A model generated the notes under the pieces. The model searched no databases, had not been told where the DNA came from, and saw only the letters and a program-made list of their open reading frames with translations. From Lachnospiraceae bacterium (GTDB taxonomy: Bacteria > Bacillota > Clostridia > Lachnospirales > Lachnospiraceae), in NCBI GenBank assembly GCA_017442865.1, contig JAFRXK010000010.1:17810-81809 (forward strand): a stretch of 64,000 nucleotides of DNA, written 5' to 3'. Below, one piece after another: positions 47,638 through 58,493 of the stretch (within the stretch, counting starts at the first letter, position 1; every line of letters starts with the position of its first letter). The position numbers and the translations under genes are program-made.

Positions 47638-49593
47638 TTAGATTACCGGATTCTCATAGGCAATACCGGCCTCGCCGGCATTATCTGATGAGCCTGCATT
47701 TCTGATTTCATTGAAAATGTCCATGAACTCCTTGCCTGTAATGGTCTCCTTCTCAATAAGAAAGGCTGCAATCTTATCAAGTGCTTCTCTGTTTTCAAGC
47801 AGAAGCTTCTTAGCACTTTCATAGGATTTTTTAAGGATTTCCATAACCTCCTTATCAATATCCGCCGCCGTAATATCAGAGCAGTTAAGAACCGTTCTTC
47901 CCTCAAGATATCTGTCCTCAATAGACTCAAGTCCCACAAGTCCGAACCTCTCAGACATGCCGTACTGCGTAACCATCGCACGTGCAAGCTGGGTTGCCCT
48001 CTCGATATCATTTGATGCGCCCGTTGTAACAGTATCAAATACAATCTCCTCGGCAGCGCGTCCGCCCAAGAACTGTACAAGCATAGCCCTGATTTCCGCT
48101 TCGGTATTCAGGTACTTCTCTTCCTCAGGAACATTCATAACGTAGCCGAGCGCACCCATGGTTCTCGGCACAATCGTAATCTTCTGAACCGGCTCTGAAT
48201 CCTTCTGCAGCGCGCTGATAAGCGCATGACCAACCTCGTGATAGGAAACAATCTTTCGCTCCTTCTCACTCATAATGCGGTCCTTCTTCTCCTTACCTAC
48301 AAGCACTACCTCAACCGCCTCAAAAAGGTCTGACTGGCTTACGACACCACGTCCATGCTTAACTGCATTTATCGCAGCCTCATTTATCATATTGGCAAGG
48401 TCTGAGCCTACGGCGCCGCTCGTCGCAAGCGCGATAGCCTCAAGATCCACTGTCTCATCCATCTTTACATTCTTCGTGTGAACCTTTAAAATATCAACTC
48501 TGCCCTTTAAATCAGGCTTATCAACTATAATTCTTCTGTCAAGTCGTCCCGGTCTTAAAAGCGCCTTATCAAGAATCTCCGGTCTGTTGGTTGCAGCAAG
48601 AATAAATACGCCCTTTGACGAATCAAAGCCGTCCATCTCAGATAAAAGCTGGTTCAGGGTCTGCTCACGCTCGTCATTGCCTCCGCCGTAGCGGGAATCC
48701 CTGCTCTTGCCTATCGCATCAATCTCATCAATAAACACTATACAAGGCGCAGCCTCCTGTGCCTTCTTGAAAAGGTCTCTTACTCTTGAAGCTCCGACGC
48801 CGACAAACATCTCGACAAAATCAGAGCCCGAAAGTGAGAAGAAAGGTACCTTTGCCTCGCCCGCAACAGCCTTTGCAAGCAGTGTCTTACCGGTTCCCGG
48901 AGGGCCTACAAGCAGCGCTCCCTTTGGAAGCTTCGCTCCAATCTCTGAATATTTCTTAGGATTGTGAAGGAAATCCACGATTTCAACGAGGGATTCCTCC
49001 GCCTCCTCCTGTCCGGCAACATCCTTAAAGGTAACGCCTGTCTCCTTCTGCATATCATACTTCTTTGCATTGCTCTTTCCTACGCCCATAACGCCGCCCG
49101 AACGCCTCATAAGCAGCGTCAGAAAGCCCATCACAATAAATATAGGCAGAATATACGCCAGCAGGAAGCTCAAAATGGCAGAGCCCGTCTCAGGCTTCTC
49201 GCCCGCAAACTCAGTGCCCGAATCAATGAGTCTCGCAACAAGGTCAGGGTCATTTACATGAACAGTATAATATTTTATCCTGTCCATCTGCGAAAGCAGC
49301 ATCTCGCTGAAATTGGTCTGCTCATTTTCTTTTTTATATTTGTAACCGTCCACCAGATCAATATAAATCAGATTGGTGCCGATTGTAACCTTTTCAACAT
49401 TCCCCTCATCAAGCAGCTTTATAAAATCAGTATAAGGTATCTCCTTATTGGTATTTTTTGAATACAAGCTGTTTACAAGTGAAACAATCAGAAATGTCAA
49501 AAAAGCGCCTATCACAAGAACGGTAATAGTATGCCCCAGCTTGGGGCCGTTATTATTTTTGTTGTTATTTTGATTGTTGTTCTGTTCACTCAT
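47638..49593 (-). CDS. ftsH: ATP-dependent zinc metalloprotease FtsH
   Basis: Walker A is GPPGTGKT. The SRH region and the zinc motif HEVGHAL are present. The start is set at ATG 49593. Confidence 0.95.
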   Translation of the reverse strand: MSEQNNNQNNNKNNNGPKLGHTITVLVIGAFLTFLIVSLVNSLYSKNTNKEIPYTDFIKLLDEGNVEKVTIGTNLIYIDLVDGYKYKKENEQTNFSEMLLSQMDRIKYYTVHVNDPDLVARLIDSGTEFAGEKPETGSAILSFLLAYILPIFIVMGFLTLLMRRSGGVMGVGKSNAKKYDMQKETGVTFKDVAGQEEAEESLVEIVDFLHNPKKYSEIGAKLPKGALLVGPPGTGKTLLAKAVAGEAKVPFFSLSGSDFVEMFVGVGASRVRDLFKKAQEAAPCIVFIDEIDAIGKSRDSRYGGGNDEREQTLNQLLSEMDGFDSSKGVFILAATNRPEILDKALLRPGRLDRRIIVDKPDLKGRVDILKVHTKNVKMDETVDLEAIALATSGAVGSDLANMINEAAINAVKHGRGVVSQSDLFEAVEVVLVGKEKKDRIMSEKERKIVSYHEVGHALISALQKDSEPVQKITIVPRTMGALGYVMNVPEEEKYLNTEAEIRAMLVQFLGGRAAEEIVFDTVTTGASNDIERATQLARAMVTQYGMSERFGLVGLESIEDRYLEGRTVLNCSDITAADIDKEVMEILKKSYESAKKLLLENREALDKIAAFLIEKETITGKEFMDIFNEIRNAGSSDNAGEAGIAYENPVI

Positions 49594-49916
49594 CAGTTTT
49601 CTCCCATGTTTATTTTTAACCGTATCATAATTATAATACACTATTTCAGAATAAATCAATATAATCATGATTAATTATTACTTAGTTTTGTGAACTTCTA
49701 TTAAAATATTTCTGTTTTTATCATAAAATGTCTAGCATTATCTTTCTTTAAGTTGTATAATATAGAAGTTATTTTTATTGTAATTAAAACGCTTCGCTCA
49801 GAATGCGCACCGGTGCGAGACAAGCTCTGCTTTCCATAAAGTATACATCCGGCGTGCTGAATGTCGCAAGCGATATTCTTTATTTAATCCAAAAACACAC
49901 AAGGAGGACATTTCTT

Positions 49917-51524
49917 ATGCCTGTAAAGTACGTATTTGTTACCGGTGGTGTTGTATCAGGTCTTGGCAAGGGTATTACTGCTGCATCACTCGGACGTCTG
50001 TTGAAAGCCAGAGGATTTAAAGTAACCATGCAGAAGTTTGATCCATATCTGAATATTGACCCGGGAACCATGAACCCGATTCAGCATGGCGAGGTTTTTG
50101 TAACAGACGACGGCGCCGAAACCGACCTCGACCTTGGACATTATGAGCGTTTTATAGATGAGAGCCTTACAAAGAACTCCAATGTGACGACAGGTAAGGT
50201 CTATGAGTCGATTCTTTCAAAAGAAAGACGCGGAGATTTCCTTGGAGGTACTGTACAGGTAATTCCTCATGTTACCAATGAAATCAAGAGCCGTTTCCAT
50301 AAGAATTTTTCAAGCACCGAGACTGAGATTGCCATTATCGAGGTTGGCGGTACTGTAGGCGATATTGAGAGTCAGCCTTTCCTTGAGGCAATCCGTCAGT
50401 TCCAGCACGAGGTTGGCAAGGACAATGCGATGCTTATCCACGTTACCCTTATCCCTTACTTAAGCGCTTCGGGCGAGCTTAAGACAAAGCCTACGCAGGC
50501 AAGCGTTAAGGAGCTTCAGGGCATGGGTATCCAGCCGGATATCATCATGTGCAGAACCGAGCATCCGCTTGATTCGTCCATCAGAAACAAGATTTCATTA
50601 TTCTGCAACGTTCCATACAATCACGTTATGCAGAATATGGATGTTGATATATTATACGAGGTTCCGCTTGTTATGGAGCAGGAGGGCCTTGCACAGGTTG
50701 TATGCGAATGCTTAAACCTTGAGTGTCCTGAGCCTGATTTAGACGAGTGGAAGGCTACGATAGAGGCATGGAAAAATCCTGAGAAGGAGGTCACCATTGC
50801 GCTTGTCGGAAAGTACATCCAGCTTCACGACGCTTATATCAGCGTTGTTGAGGCGCTGCGCCACAGCGGCGTTGCAAATCGTGCAAAGGTTCACATAAAG
50901 TGGGTGGATTCAGAGGACGTTACCCCGGAAAATGTTGATGAGATACTCGGTGATGTAAACGGCGTGCTTGTACCGGGCGGCTTCGGAAACAGAGGCATTG
51001 ACGGCAAGATTACAGCTATAAAGTATGCCCGTGAGAACAATGTTCCTTTCCTCGGACTGTGCCTCGGCATGCAGCTTTCCATCGTGGAATTTGCGAGAAA
51101 TGTTCTCGGTCTTGCAGACGCAGACAGCGAAGAGTTCTCAGATTCAACCATGAATCCTGTCATTCATATCATGCCTGACCAGAACGGCGTCATCGACATG
51201 GGCGGCACATTAAGGCTCGGCGCATATCCTTGCGTGCTCGACAAGACTTCAAAAGCCTATGAGCTTTACGGCGCAGAGACAATTTACGAGCGTCACCGCC
51301 ACCGCTACGAGGTCAACAACCTCTACCGCGACGCGCTCACCGACAAGGGCATGAAGCTTTCAGGTATTTCTCCTGACGGACGTATCGTTGAGATGGTTGA
51401 AATCGTTAACCATCCTTGGTTTGTGGCTACACAGGCACACCCTGAATTCAAGTCCAGACCAAACGTACCGCACCCTTTGTTCAAAGGATTTATTGGGGCA
51501 GCGGTTGAGAATGCAGAGAAATAG
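49917..51524 (+). CDS. pyrG: CTP synthase
   Basis: The N-terminus is [16 protein letters not shown], and the glutaminase domain reads GLCLGMQ. The start is set at ATG 49917, with an AAGGAGGA Shine-Dalgarno. Confidence 0.95.
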   Translation: MPVKYVFVTGGVVSGLGKGITAASLGRLLKARGFKVTMQKFDPYLNIDPGTMNPIQHGEVFVTDDGAETDLDLGHYERFIDESLTKNSNVTTGKVYESILSKERRGDFLGGTVQVIPHVTNEIKSRFHKNFSSTETEIAIIEVGGTVGDIESQPFLEAIRQFQHEVGKDNAMLIHVTLIPYLSASGELKTKPTQASVKELQGMGIQPDIIMCRTEHPLDSSIRNKISLFCNVPYNHVMQNMDVDILYEVPLVMEQEGLAQVVCECLNLECPEPDLDEWKATIEAWKNPEKEVTIALVGKYIQLHDAYISVVEALRHSGVANRAKVHIKWVDSEDVTPENVDEILGDVNGVLVPGGFGNRGIDGKITAIKYARENNVPFLGLCLGMQLSIVEFARNVLGLADADSEEFSDSTMNPVIHIMPDQNGVIDMGGTLRLGAYPCVLDKTSKAYELYGAETIYERHRHRYEVNNLYRDALTDKGMKLSGISPDGRIVEMVEIVNHPWFVATQAHPEFKSRPNVPHPLFKGFIGAAVENAEK

Positions 51525-51605
51525 ATGATCATATTCAGGTTCGCTCTGCCGGACCTGCTAAGAGGAGTATATCAGATCTGCCGATATATTCCTCTTATAA
51601 ATGTA

Positions 51606-51681
51606 ATACCCCGTTCTATCCGGCTTCCCATGTAAGCATGAGTAAATCAGCCCTATAGAACGGGGTATTTGTCTTCTTTTT
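51606..51681 (+). terminator. Long-loop hairpin plus T-run after pyrG
   Basis: ataccccgttctat (51606-51619) pairs with atagaacggggtat (51655-51668), followed by ttgtcttcttttt. Confidence 0.55.
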
Positions 51682-51738
51682 ATAAATCCGAATACATTTT
51701 CACAATGTAGAATTTTGCTTTACGAAAATGCAATACGT

Positions 51739-52473
51739 TTAATATTCTTTCTCCGCCTTCTTCACCGCATCCTCAAGACTCATGCCCTTAAAGTCCTGTG
51801 CCGGCATCAGTCTTCCGCTCTTCTTATCATCCAGAAATGCTCCTACAACATAGCCCGGCAATGTGCTCTCAGGCTTATTAGGCGCTGTAGGGCCGCCAAG
51901 GTCTGTGCTGCACCAGTTCGGGTCGGTAAGGTTTATCATTACGTCAGTTCCGTCAACCTTTGATGCAAGGTCGTATGTGAACTTATCGATTGCAGCCTTG
52001 CCCATTGCGTAGCTCTCAAGCTCCGGCAGATTGTTAATGCCGCTTGAAGTATTTATAATACGTCCGAAGCCTCTCTCAACCATACCCTCCATGAAGTGAT
52101 AAGTAATAAGCGCCGGAGCAATGGCGTTGATAAGCAGACCCTCCTTAAAATCCCACGCCGGAGTCTTATAAAAATCAGCGTTCCAGTGAACCTGCTTGCC
52201 CGCATTATTAAAAAGTATGTCAATCTGAACGCCCAAAGCGTCAATCTCCTTACACATCGCCTCGATTGCATCAGTATCGGTCAGGTCGCATGCCACCGCA
52301 TAAGCCTCAACGCCCTTAGCCTTAACCTCTCTTAACACCTTCTCGGTATGCGCAAGATTGCTGCTGTGAAGCACAAGGTTGCAGCCCTGCTCTGCCATAA
52401 ATAATGATACAAGATAACCTATTCCTCTTGCTGCGCCTGTAATAAGCGCCCATCTTCCTTTTACATCTACCAT
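51739..52473 (-). CDS. Short-chain dehydrogenase/reductase (SDR)
   Basis: The cofactor motif is ITGAARGIGY. NNAG and a YxxxK-type active site (YAMGKAA) are present. Confidence 0.85.
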   Translation of the reverse strand: MVDVKGRWALITGAARGIGYLVSLFMAEQGCNLVLHSSNLAHTEKVLREVKAKGVEAYAVACDLTDTDAIEAMCKEIDALGVQIDILFNNAGKQVHWNADFYKTPAWDFKEGLLINAIAPALITYHFMEGMVERGFGRIINTSSGINNLPELESYAMGKAAIDKFTYDLASKVDGTDVMINLTDPNWCSTDLGGPTAPNKPESTLPGYVVGAFLDDKKSGRLMPAQDFKGMSLEDAVKKAEKEY

Positions 52474-52547
52474 ATCTTTTCACGTCTCCTTATTCATATA
52501 TTTTTCAGTTCTTTGATTACAAAAAGGACAATCCACCAACAGATAAA

Positions 52548-53777
52548 CTACACAACCTGGAACAGATAAAACTTAAGATAGTCCGTCTCAGGCACATTCC
52601 AGAGAATCGGATGGTCCGGCGACTGCTGCCTTGCCTCTATCTGGCGAAGCTGTACATCTGCATCCTTCGCCGCCGAATGAAGCATCTTAACAAACTCCTC
52701 GTCAGGCATAAAATGCGAGCATGAGCAGGTTGCAAGGTAGCCGCCTCTTGGCAGAAGCTTCATCGCCTTAAGATTGATTTCCTTATAACCTCGCTTTGCA
52801 TTGTTTACTGTCCTTCTGGACTTCGTAAACGCCGGCGGGTCAAGAATAATGAAATCATAAGGCTTGCCGCCCGCTTCCTCAAGCTCCGTAAGCAAATCAA
52901 AAACATTTGCTGTCTTACACTCGACTATATCCTCCAAATGGTTTCTTTCGGCGTTCCTTTGCGCCATTGCAGTGGCAGTCTCTGAAATATCCACCGCAGT
53001 TACCTTAAGCGCACCGCCCCTTGCCGCATTAAGTGCAAATGAGCCTGTGTGGGTGAAGCAGTCAAGCACTCTCCTGCCCCTTGCAAGCCTCGCAGCCGCG
53101 AGCCTGTTGTACTTCTGGTCAAGGAAGAAGCCCGTCTTCTGACCATTCTCAACATCCACCTCATACTCAATACCATTTTCAACAATTGTGGTAATGCATG
53201 AATCCGGCTGCGGCACGCCCTCAAGCTTAAACCAGCCCTTATACTCCTCCATGCCCTCAAGCGTCCTTATCGACACATCATTTCTCTCGTAAATGCCCTT
53301 AATATCCTGTCCGTCCTCCCTCAAAAGCTTAAACAGCGCCGGGAAAATAATATGCTTGATTTTTTCAATTCCGACAGAAAGCGTCTGTGTTACAATTATA
53401 TCATTAAACCGGTCAACGGTCAGTCCCGGGAACTGGTCTGCTTCTCCAAATATAATCCTGCAGCAGCCGATATCGTCGCCCATAACAGTCTTTCTGTAAT
53501 CCCACGCATATTTAAGGCGTCTCTCCCAGAAAGCCTCGTCAAAGCGGTCATTCGCATTTCTCGAAATGAGGCGCACGCGTATTTTGGAATGAAGGCTTAT
53601 AAAGCCCGAGCCCATATATTTGCCCTTTTCACTGACTACATCCACCACATCGCCATTGTCAAAGCCGCCGTCAATATTCAAAACCTCTGCATCATATACC
53701 CAAGGGTGACCGCCGTCAAGCCAGCGCTCACCCTTTTTCGTAATAGTTACCATCGCAAAATTTCTTTTACTCTTCAT
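52548..53777 (-). CDS. Class I SAM-dependent rRNA methyltransferase (RlmI-like, PUA plus MTase)
   Basis: It has a PUA-like N-terminus (GHPWVY), the SAM motif VLDCFTHTGSF and the segment ILDPPAF. Confidence 0.8.
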   Translation of the reverse strand: MKSKRNFAMVTITKKGERWLDGGHPWVYDAEVLNIDGGFDNGDVVDVVSEKGKYMGSGFISLHSKIRVRLISRNANDRFDEAFWERRLKYAWDYRKTVMGDDIGCCRIIFGEADQFPGLTVDRFNDIIVTQTLSVGIEKIKHIIFPALFKLLREDGQDIKGIYERNDVSIRTLEGMEEYKGWFKLEGVPQPDSCITTIVENGIEYEVDVENGQKTGFFLDQKYNRLAAARLARGRRVLDCFTHTGSFALNAARGGALKVTAVDISETATAMAQRNAERNHLEDIVECKTANVFDLLTELEEAGGKPYDFIILDPPAFTKSRRTVNNAKRGYKEINLKAMKLLPRGGYLATCSCSHFMPDEEFVKMLHSAAKDADVQLRQIEARQQSPDHPILWNVPETDYLKFYLFQVV

Positions 53778-53845
53778 GGTCCCTCCATTATAATATTCAT
53801 AAATCCTGCACGCTTTACCGCTGCCTACACGGCTTTACCCACAGC

Positions 53846-54835
53846 TTATACGCTCTCTCCGCGCTCAAGCTTTACAGGAAGCTTTACGCTCATGCCCAGA
53901 CCGACTTCATCAATCAAATCAATGAGAAGCTCAACTGCAGTTCTTCCCTGGTCATCAATAGGATTCTTTACAGTAGTTACAACCGGCTTTACAAATTTGG
54001 TAAGGTCTATACCATCACAGCCTACTACCGAAATATCCTCCGGCACATTAAGTCCGAAGTCCATAATGGCATTAATACAGCCGATTGCGCTTGTATCGTT
54101 TGCCGCAAAAAAGGCGTCAACATATTTGTCATCAGGTGTATTCCGCAAATACTCCGTAACAACATTGTATGACTTTCTTTCCTCAAACCATCCTATAATA
54201 TCAGCACTCTTGTCATATACCGCATCACTGTTTCTTATCTCATCAATAAAGCCCCTGAAACGCTCATCATCATCATATGAGCCGACAACGCCCCTGACAT
54301 AGCCTATGCGCTTACGTCCGGCATCAATAAGACATCTGGCAGCAACCTTTCCCGCGCCGTATGAGTCAAAGGACACACTGGAAATTTTCTCTGAGCATAT
54401 CTCCCTTTCAAGAAAAACAACCGGTATTCCGTACTCTTTTATACTGTCGTAGAGCTCATTGTCCAAATCCTCATAAATAATAATGACACCATCCTCATTG
54501 TGTCCCAGAATACTTCTGATTACACGCTTCTTATCCACAGTAACGTGAATAACCAGCTCATATCCCCTCATCTCACATGCCTTGCTTATAGCATCTGCGA
54601 CCATTCCATAATAAAATCCTTCTATAGACTGTGTATAAAAGCCTATAGTCTTTGTCTTTCTGATTTTAAGATTCTTTCCATTGAGATTCGGTATGTACTT
54701 CAGTCTTTTTGCCGCATCAAGAACTCTGCCCTTCGTCTCTGCATTCACAACATCAACATCATTCAAGGCGTTTGATACGGTAGAAATTGATACTCCCGCT
54801 TCTCTGGCAACATCTTTAATCGTAACCTTTGTCAT
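53846..54835 (-). CDS. LacI-family transcriptional regulator
   Basis: The N-terminal HTH is VTIKDVAREAGVSISTVSNAL. A periplasmic-binding-protein-like core follows. Confidence 0.88.
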   Translation of the reverse strand: MTKVTIKDVAREAGVSISTVSNALNDVDVVNAETKGRVLDAAKRLKYIPNLNGKNLKIRKTKTIGFYTQSIEGFYYGMVADAISKACEMRGYELVIHVTVDKKRVIRSILGHNEDGVIIIYEDLDNELYDSIKEYGIPVVFLEREICSEKISSVSFDSYGAGKVAARCLIDAGRKRIGYVRGVVGSYDDDERFRGFIDEIRNSDAVYDKSADIIGWFEERKSYNVVTEYLRNTPDDKYVDAFFAANDTSAIGCINAIMDFGLNVPEDISVVGCDGIDLTKFVKPVVTTVKNPIDDQGRTAVELLIDLIDEVGLGMSVKLPVKLERGESV

Positions 54836-54902
54836 AGCAGTGTCACCTCATAAATATAATTATGCTGGGGTCAAAAGGTATTTTGCCCCTGATATCATAT
54901 AT

Positions 54903-55667
54903 TTAAAATATACCTAAACCCTCTAGCTTCTCCAGCTCCTCATCGACCTCAGAAGGCTCATGTATAATATTTGCATCTTTAATTCTTTTTTTCTTATATC
55001 TCTTCTCAAGCTTCCACAGACTGCCTTCCATAACATATCTCACGCCCGCCAGCATAAGCACTGCTCCCGCAACGCACAGACATATTCTCACAATAGTATT
55101 GCCACCAAGGCATAAAAAGGCAGAAATACTGCTTAAAATGACACATATAGCCACAGAAAGCGCTGCATATTTTACAACATCAACATAATTCGCATATCTG
55201 GTTCTCACCGGTATAATATCGTCATCCGCACGTAATATTGCATAATAACCTGCATACAAATATACAGAAGCAGCTACGGTAACCGATAAAACCGCAGCAA
55301 AACACCCCCACTCCCTGAATGCAAAGGCAAAGGCAGACAATATTAAAGCCACAGCAACCCCCACAGCACACATCAGTCTGAAGCGATTGACACGTTTTGA
55401 AAGCTGCTGCTTTTTTTCCTTAATCAGTTCCTTTGCGGCATATCTTGAGCCATCCTCATAAAACAGCTTTCTCCCGCAAAGCAGTTCCTCCTGCGTAACC
55501 TCAAAAAAGCTGCAAATTTTCTTAAGCTCTGATTTATCCGGTAATGCCTGCCCATCCTCGAACAGGTCAACCGATTTATATGGAATATCCAGCTGTTGTG
55601 CAAGCTCAATTCTGGATAAATTCTTCGTAACTCTTAATTCTGCAATAAAATCGCCCACATAATTCAT
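54903..55667 (-). CDS. XRE-type HTH protein with about 4 C-terminal transmembrane helices
   Basis: The N-terminal HTH reads IAELRVTKNLSRIELAQQL. Hydrophobic segments follow, for example LMCAVGVAVALILSAFAFAF. Confidence 0.7.
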   Translation of the reverse strand: MNYVGDFIAELRVTKNLSRIELAQQLDIPYKSVDLFEDGQALPDKSELKKICSFFEVTQEELLCGRKLFYEDGSRYAAKELIKEKKQQLSKRVNRFRLMCAVGVAVALILSAFAFAFREWGCFAAVLSVTVAASVYLYAGYYAILRADDDIIPVRTRYANYVDVVKYAALSVAICVILSSISAFLCLGGNTIVRICLCVAGAVLMLAGVRYVMEGSLWKLEKRYKKKRIKDANIIHEPSEVDEELEKLEGLGIF

Positions 55668-55987
55668 TAGTAAAACTCTCTTTCGATTCTGATTATATGC
55701 CTGAAAACATTAATATAAATTTATCAGTTTAGTAAATATATATCTATCCACATAATAAACAAAAATCTTATGTTTTATTATAAAATAATAGCACAATTAT
55801 GTCAACAAAACGTTTTTATATTATTATATAAAAATTTTTAAAAATAATATAAAACAGCTTATCTTTAAATATAATTAATAAAAAATTATCCTGCTATTTA
55901 ATATAGACTTTTTCAATTGTTTCTAATAAAATATTATTATGTCTCTGATATATTTCAGATGCAATTAAAATATTCCGGAGAAATAAA

Positions 55988-56977
55988 ATGTTTACATATA
56001 ATACTTCAAATTTCGATATAGAACAAATTGCCGGCTCCGGCCAGTGCTTCCGAATGACTCCGCTTGAGGGCGGGCTGTGGCAGATTATTGCCGAAGACAG
56101 ATGCCTCATTCTTTTTCAAAATGGCGGGCAGCTTATTATGTCCTGCAGCAGCGGTGAGTTTGAGTCCTTCTGGAGAGAATACTTTGATTTAAATTATGAT
56201 TACGCCAAGGCTATTGATTCAATTGACAGCGGCGACCTTTACCTTACTGAATGCGCAAAGGCTGGCTACGGCATAAGAATATTAAAACAGAATCTATGGG
56301 AGATGCTTATTACATTTATGATTTCCCAGAACAATAATATTCCAAGGATAAAAAACAGTGTCAGAAGGCTTTGCGAATATGCAGGCGAAAAGAAAAGCAT
56401 TACATTTTCCACAATGCCCGCCGATGCTGCCTTCGCAGATGCAGCTATGGGCGGCGGCGAAGCCGCCGCTGTTTTCGCCGGTGAAGCTTTGGGCGGCGGC
56501 GAAGCCGCCGCCACATGTGAGCCGCCAATTATCACAGGCGACTGCTGTTTTCCTGCACCTGTCGCCCCGGACTGCGGCTGTTTTTCTGCACCTGTCGCCC
56601 TGGAATACCATGCATTTCCTTCGCCTGAGGCGGTAGCCTCCATCCCGGTTGAGGTGCTGCATGGCTTTGGTCTTGGCTACAGGGATGAGTACATTCACCT
56701 TGCAGCTCAAAAAATCGCTTGTGGTGAATATAATCTTGATGCGCTGAAAGGCATGTCTTATGATGAAGCAATGAAAAGCCTTATGACGCTTAAGGGCGTT
56801 GGAAGAAAGGTTGCCGATTGTGTATGTCTTTTCGGGCTCCATCATATAGAGGCATTTCCGATAGACACACATATAAAGCAGATACTTGCGGCACACTATA
56901 AGGACGGCTTTCCTTTTGAAAAATACAAAGGCTATGCCGGAATACTTCAGCAATATATGTTCTACGCAGATTTATAA
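55988..56977 (+). CDS. ogg: 8-oxoguanine DNA glycosylase (Ogg, HhH-GPD superfamily) carrying an internal GC-rich insertion
   Basis: The HhH-GPD motif LMTLKGVGRKVADCVCLF carries the catalytic Lys, and PIDTH carries the catalytic Asp. The N-terminal domain has GQCFRM. Confidence 0.8.
   Translation: MFTYNTSNFDIEQIAGSGQCFRMTPLEGGLWQIIAEDRCLILFQNGGQLIMSCSSGEFESFWREYFDLNYDYAKAIDSIDSGDLYLTECAKAGYGIRILKQNLWEMLITFMISQNNNIPRIKNSVRRLCEYAGEKKSITFSTMPADAAFADAAMGGGEAAAVFAGEALGGGEAAATCEPPIITGDCCFPAPVAPDCGCFSAPVALEYHAFPSPEAVASIPVEVLHGFGLGYRDEYIHLAAQKIACGEYNLDALKGMSYDEAMKSLMTLKGVGRKVADCVCLFGLHHIEAFPIDTHIKQILAAHYKDGFPFEKYKGYAGILQQYMFYADL
56449..56600. repeat. Two pairs of short direct repeats within the ogg insertion
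   Basis: gggcggcggcgaagccgccgc occurs at 56449-56469 and 56491-56511. ctgttttcctgcacctgtcgccc occurs at 56545-56567, and a one-mismatch copy at 56578-56600. Confidence 0.85.
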
Positions 56978-56986
56978 TATAACGGC

Positions 56987-57088
56987 TTCCATCGGCAGCC
57001 CGGCTTACACTAATGTCAAGACATTGAGAGTATGGGGTATAATATAAGGACTACTTCCATCGGCAGCCCGGGCTACACAAATGTCAAG
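56987..57088. repeat. 35-bp direct repeat pair upstream of cotH
   Basis: cttccatcggcagcccggcttacactaatgtcaaga (56987-57021) is repeated as cttccatcggcagcccgggctacacaaatgtcaaga (57053-57088). Confidence 0.8.
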
Positions 57089-57165
57089 AGTACGATTAAA
57101 GTGCCTTTTGTCTGCCGCACCATGGGCAATGCCGCCGACAATACTTTCGTGGGGAAATTGTATAG

Positions 57166-58413
57166 ATGAAAAAACACATTTTTAAAAACATATTTTTTAT
57201 TATCAGCATTTTGACGCTCTGCATTATTGCATGCGCCTGCAGTCTGAATATTTTTAATAAAAAGGTTCTGCCTGTTCCGGTGATAAAGGTAACAACACAT
57301 GACGGCAACGGCTGCTCATTAAAGAAAAGCGACGGATATGTAAGCGCCGACATTGTAATTACCGATGTTTACGGCTCAGAAATGAAGGACTCTGCCAATT
57401 TCAAGGTACGTGGAAATACTACCGCGCTTGACTGGATAGACAAGAAAAGCTATGCGATTAAATTTGAAGAAAAAAAGAATATTCTGGATATGGGCAGCGG
57501 CAAGAAGTGGGCGCTGTTAGCAAATGCATTTGACCCGACACTGCTTAGAAATTATATCGCATTTGAAACCGCCTACGAGCTTGAGATACCATACGCCTCA
57601 GAGCAGCGTTTTGTCGAGCTGTGGGTTGACGACAGCTTCAGAGGAAGCTATATGCTTTATGAAACAGTGCAGAAGGGCAGCGACAGAGTTGACATAGATA
57701 TTAAATCGGACAAGGGCATGAAGGATTTCCTCATAGAGCTTGATATGAAAAATGAAGACGAGGATGAAACTTTTTTTACCATAGATGAGTTTAAATTCAG
57801 GGCTGCCGAGCCTGAAAATCCAAATGATGAGCAGCTTAATTACATCATTGACACAATGAGCGGTATAATTAAAGCATTAAAAAGCGGTCATAAGGACGAA
57901 GTCATCAAGAAGCTTGATATGCCTTCCTTTACAAAATATTATCTGATGAATGAGTATTTTAAGCCCTTTGATTTCGGCGTAACCTCTGTTTATTTTTATT
58001 ACAAGGACGGTCTGCTCTACGCTGGTCCTCCGTGGGATTATGATTTGTCGATGGGCAATTCAAATGATGAGTTCGGCGGGCGATTTTCAGCCGCCGATGC
58101 AACGGATGGAATATTTGCAGACAAGAATCTGTTTTCATACCTTGCCAAAAAGACCTGGTTTAAAAAGCTTGTAAGAGATGAATTTACCGCACACAAGGCA
58201 TTTTTTTCAAAGCTGCATACCGATGGCGGTATTCTTGATACAATATACAACACCTACAGCGAGGAAATAAGCCGCAATTATAATGACGCAGGCTGGGACA
58301 TTTCAAAATGGCAGCTCAATATACAGCGCCCGCCAGCCAAAACCTATGAGGAAAATTATAACCTGCTTAAAGGCTGGCTTGCAGAACGATATATGTGGTT
58401 TGAACGCTACTAA
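57166..58413 (+). CDS. cotH: CotH-family (atypical kinase fold) protein with lipoprotein-type signal
   Basis: The sequence shows KKSYAIKFEE, KKWALLANAFDPTLLRNYIAFE, FVELWVDDSFRGSYMLYE and PPWDYDLS. The N-terminus is IISILTLCIIACAC. Confidence 0.8.
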   Translation: MKKHIFKNIFFIISILTLCIIACACSLNIFNKKVLPVPVIKVTTHDGNGCSLKKSDGYVSADIVITDVYGSEMKDSANFKVRGNTTALDWIDKKSYAIKFEEKKNILDMGSGKKWALLANAFDPTLLRNYIAFETAYELEIPYASEQRFVELWVDDSFRGSYMLYETVQKGSDRVDIDIKSDKGMKDFLIELDMKNEDEDETFFTIDEFKFRAAEPENPNDEQLNYIIDTMSGIIKALKSGHKDEVIKKLDMPSFTKYYLMNEYFKPFDFGVTSVYFYYKDGLLYAGPPWDYDLSMGNSNDEFGGRFSAADATDGIFADKNLFSYLAKKTWFKKLVRDEFTAHKAFFSKLHTDGGILDTIYNTYSEEISRNYNDAGWDISKWQLNIQRPPAKTYEENYNLLKGWLAERYMWFERY

Positions 58414-58493
58414 TAATTATCAACCCTTGCGCCGAATATTCTTTCATGATACAATAATTAAATGTATTCATTTTTTAAGGAAAGGATATTCCG

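Noticed and set aside
49669-49916. pyrG leader attenuator (Bacillus-type reiterative transcription control)
   Set aside because: A TGTATAAT extended -10 box (49751-49758) and a hairpin around gcgcaccggtgcg (49805-49817) are present. However, there is no GGGC-type initiation region and no clear terminator with a U-tract. Evidence is insufficient.
53352-54302. 316-aa plus-strand ORF spanning the rlmI-like/LacI intergenic region
   Set aside because: It is antisense to two well-supported genes. Its composition is Ser/Thr/Ile-rich low complexity, typical of antisense frames, and it has no recognisable motifs.
55668-55987. DnaA-box-like ctatccaca in the AT-rich region upstream of ogg, as a possible origin
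   Set aside because: It is a single 8/9 match with no cluster of boxes and no dnaA/dnaN context.
56266-56953. Two long minus-strand ORFs (125 and 219 aa) inside ogg
   Set aside because: They are kept open only by the GC-rich insertion. The plus-strand frame carries intact Ogg catalytic motifs on both sides, and neither minus-strand ORF has an RBS.
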